Of a stretch of DNA of 64,000 nucleotides, positions 20,218 through 29,656 are shown piece by piece. This stretch comes from Acidimicrobiia bacterium (lineage in GTDB: Bacteria; Actinomycetota; Acidimicrobiia; Spongiisociales; ZC4RG35): positions 4,333-68,332 of the forward strand of contig JAWOJB010000025.1 in NCBI GenBank assembly GCA_046484325.1, in the 5' to 3' direction. Each line of letters begins with the position of its first letter. The first letter of the stretch is position 1. Below the pieces are notes generated by a model. The model saw only the letters and a list, made by a program, of their open reading frames with translations, was not told where the DNA came from and ran no database searches. The translations under genes were made by a program, and so were the position numbers.

Positions 20218-20730
20218 ATGCCCGACACCGCCGGCCTCGAGCCCTGGGATGCCGCGCTGCTCGCCGCCCTCGAGCGACCGGCCGATGGGGCGCCGGGGTT
20301 GCTGACCATCGACGAGCTGGCCGCCAGATCGGGCATGCCCCAGGCGGTGCTCGAAGCCCTCGCCCGCGAGGGCCTGCTGCTCTCCCGGTCGATCGACGGC
20401 GATCCCCGCTACCACCCCGACGATGCCGAGGCCGTGAGAGCGGGTATGGAGCTGGTCGAGGCAGGTCTCCCGCTGGCCGAGCTCCTCGACCTGGCCCGCC
20501 GGATGGACCGGGCGATGCGACCCGTGGCGGACGCGGCGGTCGAGGTCTTCGCCCAGTTCGTGCGGGACTCGGTCGAAGCGAGCGCCCGTGACGACGAAGA
20601 GGCGGCCGCCCGCCTCGTGGAGGCGTTCCGCACCATGCTCCCCGCCACCGGCCGCCTGGTCGACCACCACTTTCGGGCCCTGCTCGTGGCCGGAGCTCGC
20701 TCCCGGCTCGACACCGGGGACGCACCATGA
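20218..20730 (+). CDS. MerR-family transcriptional regulator
   Basis: 170-aa ORF. LLTIDELAARSGMPQAVLEALAREGLL resembles a MerR N-terminal HTH. The stop overlaps the menF start. Confidence 0.55.
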   Translation: MPDTAGLEPWDAALLAALERPADGAPGLLTIDELAARSGMPQAVLEALAREGLLLSRSIDGDPRYHPDDAEAVRAGMELVEAGLPLAELLDLARRMDRAMRPVADAAVEVFAQFVRDSVEASARDDEEAAARLVEAFRTMLPATGRLVDHHFRALLVAGARSRLDTGDAP

Positions 20731-21938
20731 CCCTCGGCGTCCGGTCCACCCGGATCGAGCCGTCCGGCTCGCTGCTGAACCACACCCCCGATGTGGCCTG
20801 GATCCACCATGAGCTGGCGATGGTGGGCTGGGGCGAGGCCGCCCGGATCGACGCCGGGTTGGGAGACGGACGGTTCGGTCGTGCCGGCGAGGCATGGAGC
20901 GGGCTCGTCGAGGGTGCCGCGGTCGAGGACGAGGTGAACCGGCCCGGCAGCGGGCTGGTGGGGTTCGGCTCGTTCACCTTCGACGGTCGCTCCCCCGGCT
21001 CGGCCATCATCGTGCCCCAGGTCCTGATCGGGCGATCCGGAGGCGGTTGGTGGCTGACTACCGTCGACGGGGCCGACCCCGAGCCCTACCTGCAGAGCGG
21101 GGCGGACGATCCCCGGGCCGGCGACCGGCCGCGATATGCCGGTGCGTCGATCCCGGATGTGATGTGGATCGAGGCGGTGGCAGAGGCGGTCCGCCGCATC
21201 GAGGCCGGGGAGATCGAGAAGGTGGTCCTCGCTCGCGACGTGGCGGTGTGGTCCAAGGCGCCCTTCGACCGGAGGGTCGTGCTGCAACGGCTCCATGATC
21301 GGTTCCCCGAGTGCTTTACCTTCCTCGTCGACGGCCTGGTCGGCGCCAGTCCCGAGCTGCTCGTACGGCTGCGCGACCGCACCGTCGAGTCGCTGGCCCT
21401 GGCCGGGTCGGCCCGGCGCGATCCCGACCCCGAGGAGGACTGGCTGGTCGGGAAGGCACTTCTCTCCTCCGACAAGGACCGGCGCGAGCACGAGGCGGCT
21501 GCCGCCTCGGTGGGAGCGGCCCTCGGAGAGGTCTGCCGGACGCTCGAGCGGGACGCCGAGCCGTGGTTGCTGCGGCTGGCCAACGTCCAGCACCTCGCCA
21601 CCCGGTTCCGGGGTGAGCTCGGTGAGAGGCGGCCGGTGCTCGATGTGGTAGGGCGCCTCCACCCGACCGCGGCCGTCGGGGGAACCCCCACCGGCCTGGC
21701 GATCGACCTCATCCGCCACCTGGAGGGAATGGACCGTGGCCGCTACGCCGGCCCGGTGGGATGGCTCGACCATCACGGCGACGGCGACTGGGCCATCGCC
21801 CTTCGGTGTGCCGAGCTGTCGGGGGCCCGGGCCCGGCTCTTCGCGGGAGCCGGCATCGTGGCGGGCTCGCTCCCCGAGAACGAGCTCGAGGAGACGAGGC
21901 TCAAGCTGCGGGCGATGATGGGCGTGCTCGAAGGCTGA
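20727..21938 (+). CDS. menF: Isochorismate synthase
   Basis: 403-aa ORF with chorismate-binding motifs HPTAAVGGTP, RGRYAGPVGW and GAGIV. Adjacent to menD and menC. Confidence 0.8.
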   Translation: MTLGVRSTRIEPSGSLLNHTPDVAWIHHELAMVGWGEAARIDAGLGDGRFGRAGEAWSGLVEGAAVEDEVNRPGSGLVGFGSFTFDGRSPGSAIIVPQVLIGRSGGGWWLTTVDGADPEPYLQSGADDPRAGDRPRYAGASIPDVMWIEAVAEAVRRIEAGEIEKVVLARDVAVWSKAPFDRRVVLQRLHDRFPECFTFLVDGLVGASPELLVRLRDRTVESLALAGSARRDPDPEEDWLVGKALLSSDKDRREHEAAAASVGAALGEVCRTLERDAEPWLLRLANVQHLATRFRGELGERRPVLDVVGRLHPTAAVGGTPTGLAIDLIRHLEGMDRGRYAGPVGWLDHHGDGDWAIALRCAELSGARARLFAGAGIVAGSLPENELEETRLKLRAMMGVLEG

Positions 21939-21950
21939 GCCCCGACCGGC

Positions 21951-23672
21951 TCAGCCGGCGCCCAGCCACTCGTCGAGGGCCTGGGACACCGAGTCCGTGA
22001 GCCGGCGGTGCACCTCGACGTTCCGTGCCCGGTCGCCGCGGACCACCACGATGTGCACCCCGCCTGCCCGATGGGCGTCCGTCACCGCCGGGACGAGCTC
22101 GGCCGCCCCGTCGACCGGACGAAAGCCGAGGTCGTGGAAGGCCGCCAGCCGCTCGAACGAGCGTCCCCGCGGGGTCCCGAACACCTGCTCGAAGTGCTCG
22201 GGGAAGCCGGCCTGGGGCAGGAACGAGAAGATCCCTCCGCCGTCGTTGTCGATCACCACGAACACGGCGTCGGGACGTGGTTCGACCAGGAACCCGCCGG
22301 CGTCGTGGAGGATCGACAGATCCCCGGCCAGGGCGGTCACCGGGTGCCCGGACACCGCCGCCACGCCGAGCGCGGTCGAGACGAAGCCGTCGATCCCCGA
22401 GGCCCCACGGTTCGACAGGATCTCGACGTCCCCGGGCGCCATGAACCAGTCGAGGTCGCGCACCGGCATCGACGACGCCACCACGAGCCGGCCCCCGGCG
22501 GCCGCACGGGCGACATCGCGGGCGACGCGGGGCTCGGTGGGCTCGTCGCCGGCGTCGAGGGCCGTGTCGAGGGCCGTCCGTGCCACCCGCTCGGCCTCGA
22601 GCCATCCCCGCCGCCACTCCCCATCCCGCGAGCCGGCGGGTCCCGGTCGAATCGATGGCCACGCCGCCAGCATCTCCTCGGCCGAGCGGGACGGATCCGA
22701 CCAGGTCCCGGGGTCGGCCACCACCGTCGGGACCCCCGCGAGCAGTCCGGCCAGATTGCGGCTCAGCCCGGCGCGGCCGAGCACGAGGGCGGCCTCGGGC
22801 CGGTACCGCCGGGTGAAGCCGGGATGCCCGAGCAGATGGTGGGCCGTGCTGATCGTCTGCGGGGGCCGGCCTCCGGCGGGCGGCTCCACCACCAGCGGCC
22901 AGCCGAGCCGGGCGGCGAGGCCGTCGATCTCCGAGAGCGTGGGGCCGAACGGCGAGCCGCCCAGGTCGCCCACCACCACGAGCCCCCGGTCCACCGAGGT
23001 CCACCGATCGGAGAGCTCCACCGAGCCGACCCCCGTTCGGGAGCGGCGAGTCCAGGCGTCGCCGTCGGGGCGACCGTCGGTGGGCGACCCGAATGGCCGG
23101 TCCACCGCCCGACCGTCGTCGGAGGCCGGAACGAGCGGGTCGCGGAAGGCCAGGTTGAGGTGGACCGGGCCTCCTCGACCGGCGTGACCGAACGCCTCGG
23201 TGACGGCCCGGCACACCGTCGACCGCCAGTACGGATTCGAGCCAGGACGGTCCTCGGCCACCCCCACCTCGCAGAACCACCGAACGGCGTCGCCGAACAG
23301 CCCGATCTGATCGATGGTCTGGTTGGCCCCGGTGTGGCGGAGTTCCGGGGGGCGGTCGGCGGTGAGCACGAGCAGCGGGACGCCGGCGGCGTCGGCCTCC
23401 ACCACCGCCGGATGGAGGTTCACCGCGGCGGTGCCCGACGTGGTGAGGACCGCGGCCGGAGCCCCCGATGCCCGGCCGATCCCGAGCGCCGCGAACCCCG
23501 CCGAGCGCTCGTCGATGTGGACGTGAAGACCGAGATCGGGGTGGTCGGCGGCCGCCATGGCCACGGGAGCCGAGCGCGACCCGGGCCCGAGAACCAGGTG
23601 TCGCACCCCGTTGCGGGACAGCTCGTCGACGAGCACCGCAGCCAGTGCGGTGGACGGATTGGGCAGGGTCAC
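21951..23672 (-). CDS. menD: 2-succinyl-5-enolpyruvyl-6-hydroxy-3-cyclohexene-1-carboxylate synthase
   Basis: 573-aa ORF. GSRSAPV, TADRPPELR and the ThDP-binding motif IDNDGGGIFSFL. Confidence 0.9.
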   Translation of the reverse strand: MTLPNPSTALAAVLVDELSRNGVRHLVLGPGSRSAPVAMAAADHPDLGLHVHIDERSAGFAALGIGRASGAPAAVLTTSGTAAVNLHPAVVEADAAGVPLLVLTADRPPELRHTGANQTIDQIGLFGDAVRWFCEVGVAEDRPGSNPYWRSTVCRAVTEAFGHAGRGGPVHLNLAFRDPLVPASDDGRAVDRPFGSPTDGRPDGDAWTRRSRTGVGSVELSDRWTSVDRGLVVVGDLGGSPFGPTLSEIDGLAARLGWPLVVEPPAGGRPPQTISTAHHLLGHPGFTRRYRPEAALVLGRAGLSRNLAGLLAGVPTVVADPGTWSDPSRSAEEMLAAWPSIRPGPAGSRDGEWRRGWLEAERVARTALDTALDAGDEPTEPRVARDVARAAAGGRLVVASSMPVRDLDWFMAPGDVEILSNRGASGIDGFVSTALGVAAVSGHPVTALAGDLSILHDAGGFLVEPRPDAVFVVIDNDGGGIFSFLPQAGFPEHFEQVFGTPRGRSFERLAAFHDLGFRPVDGAAELVPAVTDAHRAGGVHIVVVRGDRARNVEVHRRLTDSVSQALDEWLGAG

Positions 23673-24631
23673 GCCGCCTCCAGGAGCGAGGCGGTCTCCC
23701 GCAGGCGGTCGAGCAGCCTGCGCTCGGTGTGGGAGTCGGGCCGTGCACGCTCGACCAGCTCCGGATCCGGTGCCGGACGCCGAACCTCGAGCATCCCGTC
23801 CTCTGCGAGCAGGGGCGATCGGACCACGTCGCCGTCGAGCAGCGAGACGGTGCCCAGGCCGCAGGCGTGCCGGAGCTCGGGGAGCGCGGCGGCGGCCGCC
23901 AGGCCGGCGGCGATCCCGACCGAGGTCTCGAGCGCCGATGAGATCACGATCGGCAGACCAAGCCGCCCGGCGAGGGCCAGCGTGGCGGTCACCCCGCCGA
24001 GCGGCTGGACCTTCAGCACCGCCACGTCGGCAGCTCCCAGCTCCACCACCCGCTCGGGATCCGCCGCCGTCCGGATCGACTCGTCGGCCGCGATCGGCAC
24101 GTTCACCCTACGGCGCAGCTCGGCGAGCTCCTCGACGGTGGCGCAGGGCTGCTCGGCATACTCGAGGTCGAAGGCGGCCAGCTCGGACAGCCGGTGCTCG
24201 GCTTCGTCCACCGACCAGGCGCCGTTGACGTCGACGCGGATCCGCCCATCCGGACCGAGGGCCTCCCGCACCGCCGCCACCCGGGCGACGTCCTCCACGA
24301 AGGCCCGACCCGGCTCGGCCACCTTCACCTTCACGGTGCGGCACGCCGAGGCGGCCACCAGACCGGCGGCGACACCCGGCTCCACGGCGGGCACCGTGAG
24401 GTTCACCGGGATCCGATCCCGACGGGCGGCCGGCCACGGTCGGGTGGCGGCCTCCACGGCTGCGGCGAGCCACGGCGCCGCCGACACCGGTGGATACTCG
24501 GGGAACGGCGAGAACTCACCCCAGCCGGCCGGCCCCCCGACCAGCACCGCCTCGCGCCGGTCCAACCGTCGAAACCGGAGGCGCATGGGGATCCGGACCA
24601 CCCGGATGTCGAGTCCGTCGAGGACGGTCAC
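23669..24631 (-). CDS. menC: o-Succinylbenzoate synthase (enolase superfamily)
   Basis: 320-aa ORF. GWGEFSPFPEY and TVKVKV motifs typical of actinobacterial MenC. 4-nt overlaps with both neighbours. Confidence 0.8.
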   Translation of the reverse strand: MTVLDGLDIRVVRIPMRLRFRRLDRREAVLVGGPAGWGEFSPFPEYPPVSAAPWLAAAVEAATRPWPAARRDRIPVNLTVPAVEPGVAAGLVAASACRTVKVKVAEPGRAFVEDVARVAAVREALGPDGRIRVDVNGAWSVDEAEHRLSELAAFDLEYAEQPCATVEELAELRRRVNVPIAADESIRTAADPERVVELGAADVAVLKVQPLGGVTATLALAGRLGLPIVISSALETSVGIAAGLAAAAALPELRHACGLGTVSLLDGDVVRSPLLAEDGMLEVRRPAPDPELVERARPDSHTERRLLDRLRETASLLEAA

Positions 24632-24939
24632 GATCCGTCCGCCTGCCGCTCCCGGATGAAGGCGACCAGCCGGAGGGTCTGGTCCTCGGAGAGGGTGTTG
24701 CCGAAGGCCGGCATCCCGCCCTGACCCCGCGTGATGACGGTGAGCAGATACTCGTCGGGACGCCCCGCCGAGGGAGACCCGACCCCCAGCCCCGGGCCCA
24801 CACCGCCCTGCAGCTCGGCCCCGTGGCAGCGGGCGCAGAGCAGCCCATAGATCTCGTCGCCGCCGGCATCGGGCGCCGGACCGCCGGTGCAGGCGGTCAG
24901 GAGCACCGTCGACAGTGCGGCGAGGAGCCCGCGCTTCAT
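24628..24939 (-). CDS. Monoheme class I c-type cytochrome, lipoprotein
   Basis: In-frame ATG at 24939 gives MKRGLLAALSTVLLTAC (lipobox). Heme-binding motif CARCH. Distal ligand region GGMPAF. 103 aa. Confidence 0.75.
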   Translation of the reverse strand: MKRGLLAALSTVLLTACTGGPAPDAGGDEIYGLLCARCHGAELQGGVGPGLGVGSPSAGRPDEYLLTVITRGQGGMPAFGNTLSEDQTLRLVAFIRERQADGS

Positions 24940-24978
24940 GGGCTCATCGTAGGGACCGCATGCCGTAGCCTCTCCGGC

Positions 24979-25773
24979 ATGCATCCCATCCACACCGCCC
25001 TGGCCGCCATCTGGCCGGCCCTCCTCGATCTCGCCGACGACATCGCGGACGAAGACTGGTCCTCGCCCTCGGTGCTGCCGGGTTGGACGGTCGCCGACCT
25101 CTTCGCCCACCTCGGCCACGTCGAGGGAATGGTCCACGGGTTCCCACAGCCCGACACCCCCCATGACTTCGCCTTCGAGGGCGCCCCGCTCCACATCGTC
25201 ACGAACAGCGGGGTCGCCGCCCGGCGGGCCTGGAGCCGGGCCGAGGTGGTCGACGAGCTCCGGCGGGCGGTGAGCGCCACCCTCGAGCAGCTCGCCGGCC
25301 TCGACGAGGCCGGGTGGCAGGCGCCGGCCCTGAGCCCGATCGGGCCGACGACCTTCGAGCAGGCGATGGAGTTGCGCAACGGCGACGCCTGTGCCCACCT
25401 CTTCGACCTGCTCGTCTCGACCGACCAATATCAGGAGCACCGCAGGGTTCCCGAGTCCGAGGCGGCTCTCGTGGCCAGGGCGGTGCGGCTCTCACCCTGG
25501 GCGGCGGTCAAGCGGGCCGGCCTGGCCGACGGGACCCGGGTCCGGCTCGACCTGTCCGGACCTGCCGGTGTGGCGGCCGACCTCGTCGTCGAAGGTGGTC
25601 GGGGCCGGCTGGAGGAGGCACGGGGAGAGCCGGATGCCGTCATCTCGGGCCCCGGCATCGCCTATGCGCTCCGGGCAGGGGGCCGCCGGCACCCGGCCGA
25701 GCTCGTCTCGGCGCTCGAGGTGGCCGGTGAGCCGGCCGAGCGGTTGCTCGAGACCTACCGGCTCTTCGGCTGA
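24979..25773 (+). CDS. DinB/MDMPI-fold protein (mycothiol-dependent maleylpyruvate isomerase-like family)
   Basis: In-frame ATG at 24979. The N-terminal pattern WSSPSVLPGWTVADLFAHLGH is typical of the MDMPI_N/DinB metal-binding domain. Confidence 0.6.
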   Translation: MHPIHTALAAIWPALLDLADDIADEDWSSPSVLPGWTVADLFAHLGHVEGMVHGFPQPDTPHDFAFEGAPLHIVTNSGVAARRAWSRAEVVDELRRAVSATLEQLAGLDEAGWQAPALSPIGPTTFEQAMELRNGDACAHLFDLLVSTDQYQEHRRVPESEAALVARAVRLSPWAAVKRAGLADGTRVRLDLSGPAGVAADLVVEGGRGRLEEARGEPDAVISGPGIAYALRAGGRRHPAELVSALEVAGEPAERLLETYRLFG

Positions 25774-26822
25774 TCGGCCTCCGGCCGGCCATCCCGGACG
25801 AGCCTCTCGACCAACTGCTTGACGTCCTGGGCGCGGTCCCGGGCGGCGACGAGCACGGCGTCACCGGTGTCGACCACCACGACCCCCTCGAGCCCGACGA
25901 CGGCCACGAGCCGGTCACCCGCCCGAACGTATGAGCCGGTTACACCCTCGAGGACGACGTCGCCGAGGACGGCATTGCCCTGGGTGTCCCGATCGGCGAT
26001 CTCCCAGAGTGAGGCCCACGAGCCCACGTCGCTCCAACCGGCGTCGAGGGGGACCACCACCGCCCGGTCGGTCCGCTCCATCACCGCGTAGTCCACCGAG
26101 ATCGCCGGCGACTGCAGGAAGCTCCCACCAAGGGTCCGGACGGGACCGGTGCCGGCTGCCTCGACGGCGGGCTCAACCGCCCCCACCACCTCGGGGGCAT
26201 GCCGGCGCATCTCCTCCACCAGCACGCGGACGCGGAACACGAACATCCCGCTGTTCCAGAGATGGCGGCCGGATGCCAGGTAGCGCTCGGCGGTGGCGGC
26301 AGCCGGCTTCTCGACGAACCGGGACACCCGATGGACCGGACCCGCCGACTCGCCGACCTCGATGTAGCCGTACCCGGTCTCGGGCCGGTCGGCGACGATG
26401 CCGAAGGTGACGAGCTCCCCGGCGAGGGCGGCCTCGACGGCCACAACCACGGCCTGGCGGAACGCGCCTTCGTCGGTGATGACGTGGTCGGCAGGCAGCA
26501 CGAGCATGACGTCGTCCGGGGCCAGCGACAGGGCAGCGGCGAGGACGGCGGGGGCGGTGTTCCGCCCCTCGGTCTCGCAGAGCACCAACGCCGGAGGCCG
26601 GCCGATCTCGGTGAGCTGGCGGACGATCTCGGCCTCGTCCCGGGTGTTGCAGACGACGACGGGTGCGCCCACGTCCGGAGCCCCGGCCAGCCGCCGGGCG
26701 GTGGCCTGGATCATCGAGTCGTCGCCGGTCAGGCGCTGGAGCTGCTTTGGGACCCGTGTCCGGGAGAGCGGCCACAGCCGGGTCCCGCTGCCACCGGACA
26801 GGAGCACGGGAACGACGGCCAT
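25755..26822 (-). CDS. manC: Mannose-1-phosphate guanylyltransferase
   Basis: 355-aa ORF. LSGGSGTRLWPLSR nucleotidyl-transferase signature. GYGYIE motif. Confidence 0.85.
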   Translation of the reverse strand: MAVVPVLLSGGSGTRLWPLSRTRVPKQLQRLTGDDSMIQATARRLAGAPDVGAPVVVCNTRDEAEIVRQLTEIGRPPALVLCETEGRNTAPAVLAAALSLAPDDVMLVLPADHVITDEGAFRQAVVVAVEAALAGELVTFGIVADRPETGYGYIEVGESAGPVHRVSRFVEKPAAATAERYLASGRHLWNSGMFVFRVRVLVEEMRRHAPEVVGAVEPAVEAAGTGPVRTLGGSFLQSPAISVDYAVMERTDRAVVVPLDAGWSDVGSWASLWEIADRDTQGNAVLGDVVLEGVTGSYVRAGDRLVAVVGLEGVVVVDTGDAVLVAARDRAQDVKQLVERLVRDGRPEADQPKSR

Positions 26823-26857
26823 GAGGATGAGACCCTACCGCAGGTCGGCGCAGGGCC

Positions 26858-27427
26858 TCAGGGCGTGACGACCACCAGCGTCCCCAGATCGGCCCAGGCG
26901 TAGAGGAGCCGCGCTTTCGATGCCTCCTGCCGCACGCAGCCGCCACCCTGGTAGGTACCCAGCTCGTCGACGGTCTGGAGCGGCCGGCCCCGGCCGTCCA
27001 GCGGGATGTCGTGGAAGCCGATGTTCGTCTCGTGACCGAACGTGAAGCGCACCATCCAACGCATGGTGATGCCGTCGTATCCCGCCAAGGCATCCTCGGA
27101 CTTCGAGAACACGGCGTATGTGCCCGGGCGCGGCCAGCCCCGGTGCCCTGAGACCGGATAGCTGTCGAGCACCCGCTCGCGGTCGTCAACGAGCCACACC
27201 CACAGGTCGGAGTTGGAGTAGACGATCCGCCGGCCCGAGCCCGACCCGGCAGGGAGAGACGGATGCCCACCGGCGGCCTGGAGGCCGATCACCCCCTCCA
27301 GCGCACCCGCGCGGTCCCGCCAGCCGGCCTCGAACCACGCCATCCGATCGAGCTCTGCCGGGGAGGCGACCGCCGGCCCGGGCACGGCCAGGAAGGCGGC
27401 GACCACGACCATGAGGAGAGCGGGCAT
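26858..27427 (-). CDS. Secreted L,D-transpeptidase-family protein
   Basis: 189-aa ORF. Signal peptide MPALLMVVVAAFLAVPGPAVA. YkuD-type motifs FHDIP and GGGCVRQ. Confidence 0.7.
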   Translation of the reverse strand: MPALLMVVVAAFLAVPGPAVASPAELDRMAWFEAGWRDRAGALEGVIGLQAAGGHPSLPAGSGSGRRIVYSNSDLWVWLVDDRERVLDSYPVSGHRGWPRPGTYAVFSKSEDALAGYDGITMRWMVRFTFGHETNIGFHDIPLDGRGRPLQTVDELGTYQGGGCVRQEASKARLLYAWADLGTLVVVTP

Positions 27428-27439
27428 CGAACAGCCAGG

Positions 27440-28270
27440 CTACCCGGCGAAGCCCGAGGTCCAACCCTCGCTCCGCTCCCAGAGCTCGGTGGCGAGGGCG
27501 TCGTCGCCAGCCTGCTCCGAAGGCTCCTGCACCTCCATCCTCGCCCAGTAGGTTCCCGACCGGCCGGCGGCGGCGGGGTCGGTGGCGCAGTGGAGCACGG
27601 TCTCGGCCCCCACCTCGGGCTCGAGCATCCGTCGGGTCATGAGCCATCGGGCCGGCTGGGGCACCCTGCGCCAGATGTCGGTCGCCACCATCCCCGGGTG
27701 GACGGCGTAGACGTCGACCTCGGGCTCCCGGCGTGCCAGTTCGCGGACGTGGAGGACGTTGCAGAGCTTGGACACCTGATACTCGGTGATACCCGTGATC
27801 GAGCGGGTGGGTCGCCGCAGCGCATCCCAGTCGATGGCCGAGGCGCCGCGATGGGCGTCGCTCGAGACAACCACCACCCGCGGCGCCGTCGCCTTTCGCA
27901 CCTGGGGCATGAGAAGCCGGACGAGCAGGTGGTGGCCGAGGTGATTGACACCGAAGGCGATCTCGAACCCGTCGGCGGTGGCACCGCGGACGCCGGCCAC
28001 CCCGGCATCGGCGATGAGCAGGTCGATCGCACCGAACGCCGCCACCGTCGGGGCCGCCTCGGCGACCGACTCGAGGGAGGCCAGGTCGACCGGGGCGAAA
28101 TCGGCGGTGGCACCGGCGTGCCAGGCCTCCTCGAGGACCTCGGCGGCGCGCTCCTCGGATCGCCCCAGCAGCACGAGATGGGTGCCCGGGCCGGCCAATC
28201 CGAGGGCGGTCGCCCGGCCGATGCCGGCGCTCCCGCCGGTCATCACCACCAGTCGCGGCGCGCCGGCCAC
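27440..28270 (-). CDS. Short-chain dehydrogenase/reductase
   Basis: 276-aa ORF. MTGGSAGIGRAT cofactor motif. YQVSKLCNV catalytic Tyr-Lys. Confidence 0.8.
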   Translation of the reverse strand: MAGAPRLVVMTGGSAGIGRATALGLAGPGTHLVLLGRSEERAAEVLEEAWHAGATADFAPVDLASLESVAEAAPTVAAFGAIDLLIADAGVAGVRGATADGFEIAFGVNHLGHHLLVRLLMPQVRKATAPRVVVVSSDAHRGASAIDWDALRRPTRSITGITEYQVSKLCNVLHVRELARREPEVDVYAVHPGMVATDIWRRVPQPARWLMTRRMLEPEVGAETVLHCATDPAAAGRSGTYWARMEVQEPSEQAGDDALATELWERSEGWTSGFAG

Positions 28271-28273
28271 GAT

Positions 28274-28780
28274 TCAGGCGGTGGCGGGCGTGGCGAGCCC
28301 GGTAGCGGTCAGGCGGAGCACATCCCGGGTGCCCACGAGCCGGAGCGAGCGGGCAAGCCGCTCGGGGAACCGGGACACCACCTCATCCAGGGAGATCACC
28401 GCCGGCTGCTCCACCACCATGGTGCGCCCGTCGGCGTCGATGATCGCCCGGCCGGCCGCCAACACGTTGCGCAACCAGTCGACGTCGGTCCCGTATAGCA
28501 GCGGGATCAGGAACCCGCCCGGCTCAGACTGGGCGATGATCGGGGTGGCATAGGGGATCCCGGACCGCCGCCCGACATGGTGGATCGCGGCGGCATAGAA
28601 GCCCTTCCGGCCCGAGAACCGCGCCATCACCGGGTTGAGCACCGAACGGTTGAAGCGCCGTACGGCGCCGAGCACCACGGGGTTGTGAGACCGGAAGGCC
28701 CAGATGAGCATCGCCTCGAGCAGGCACAGCAGGCCAACCAGGGTGATCGACCATCTCAGCGCCTTGGACATCGGTGGCAT
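28274..28780 (-). CDS. Deazaflavin-dependent nitroreductase-like (DUF385/DDN family) protein with N-terminal TM helix
   Basis: ATG at 28780 lies 5 nt after GAGG. HVGRRSGIPYATPI matches the family core. An N-terminal hydrophobic helix is present. Confidence 0.6.
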   Translation of the reverse strand: MPPMSKALRWSITLVGLLCLLEAMLIWAFRSHNPVVLGAVRRFNRSVLNPVMARFSGRKGFYAAAIHHVGRRSGIPYATPIIAQSEPGGFLIPLLYGTDVDWLRNVLAAGRAIIDADGRTMVVEQPAVISLDEVVSRFPERLARSLRLVGTRDVLRLTATGLATPATA

Positions 28781-28844
28781 GCTCACCTCGGGCTCGACCG
28801 CGCCCATGGTGACGGGCCGGTCCGGGCGGCACCAGAGGACATCG

Positions 28845-29645
28845 TCAGCCCCTGTCTGCCTCGAGGGACTCGGTGATCGAGGCCGGTACCTCGGCTGCCT
28901 GGGGCAGGCGCACCGGGGTGATCGATACCCACCCCCGGCGGGCGGCGTCCACGTCGGTGCCCTCGAGCCCTGCGAACTCGAGCAGCCCACCGCCGAACTC
29001 GTGGCGGAAGCGGTCCACCGCCTCCTGGCGAAAGAGCCGGTCATAGCCGACCCGGGCGATCGAGGTCACCCGGCGAGGGGTGGAAGGTGTGGCATCGAAC
29101 GGCAGATTCACGCTCACCACATCGGCGTGGCCCAGCAGGCCGGACCCGGTGACCTCGTCGAGCAGGCCGGCGCACACCTTCGACAGCCGCGACCAGCCCG
29201 GGCCCGCCTCGGACGACTCCACCCGCCGCCTCCAGGCCGGCCAATCGACGGTCGTGCCCGTCGAGAACGCCACCGCCGGGATCCCGCTGACCCAGGCCTC
29301 CACCGCCGCCCCCACGGTGCCCGAGGACATGAGAAACCCGGCACCGTGGTTGTAGCCCAGGTTGACGCCCGCAACCACCATCGCCGGCGGCTCGTCGAAG
29401 AGGGCGTGGATCCCGAGCTGGACGGCGTCGGCCGGGTAGCCGGAACACGTCCAGACCTCGATCCCCTCTCGTTCAGATCGCCCCACCGACACCGGCTCGT
29501 ACCGGGTGATCGCCTTGGCCACCCAGCTCCGCTCCCGGTCGGGCACCACGACCCGGACCGCATGGCGTTCGGCCAGCGCCCGGGCGAACGGCACGAGGGC
29601 CGGGCTGTCGACCCCATCGTCGTTGGTGACGAGCACCCACCCCAT
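28845..29645 (-). CDS. surE: 5'/3'-nucleotidase SurE
   Basis: In-frame ATG at 29645 gives MGWVLVTNDDGVDSPA (SurE signature), then GVNLGYNHG. Confidence 0.85.
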   Translation of the reverse strand: MGWVLVTNDDGVDSPALVPFARALAERHAVRVVVPDRERSWVAKAITRYEPVSVGRSEREGIEVWTCSGYPADAVQLGIHALFDEPPAMVVAGVNLGYNHGAGFLMSSGTVGAAVEAWVSGIPAVAFSTGTTVDWPAWRRRVESSEAGPGWSRLSKVCAGLLDEVTGSGLLGHADVVSVNLPFDATPSTPRRVTSIARVGYDRLFRQEAVDRFRHEFGGGLLEFAGLEGTDVDAARRGWVSITPVRLPQAAEVPASITESLEADRG

Positions 29646-29656
29646 GCCGGCGGGTG

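Noticed and set aside
21901-24659. 615-aa minus-strand (21901..23748) and 883-aa plus-strand (22008..24659) ORFs over the men genes
   Set aside because: They are alternative-frame or antisense readings of menD and menC, which carry clear ThDP-binding and enolase-superfamily motifs.
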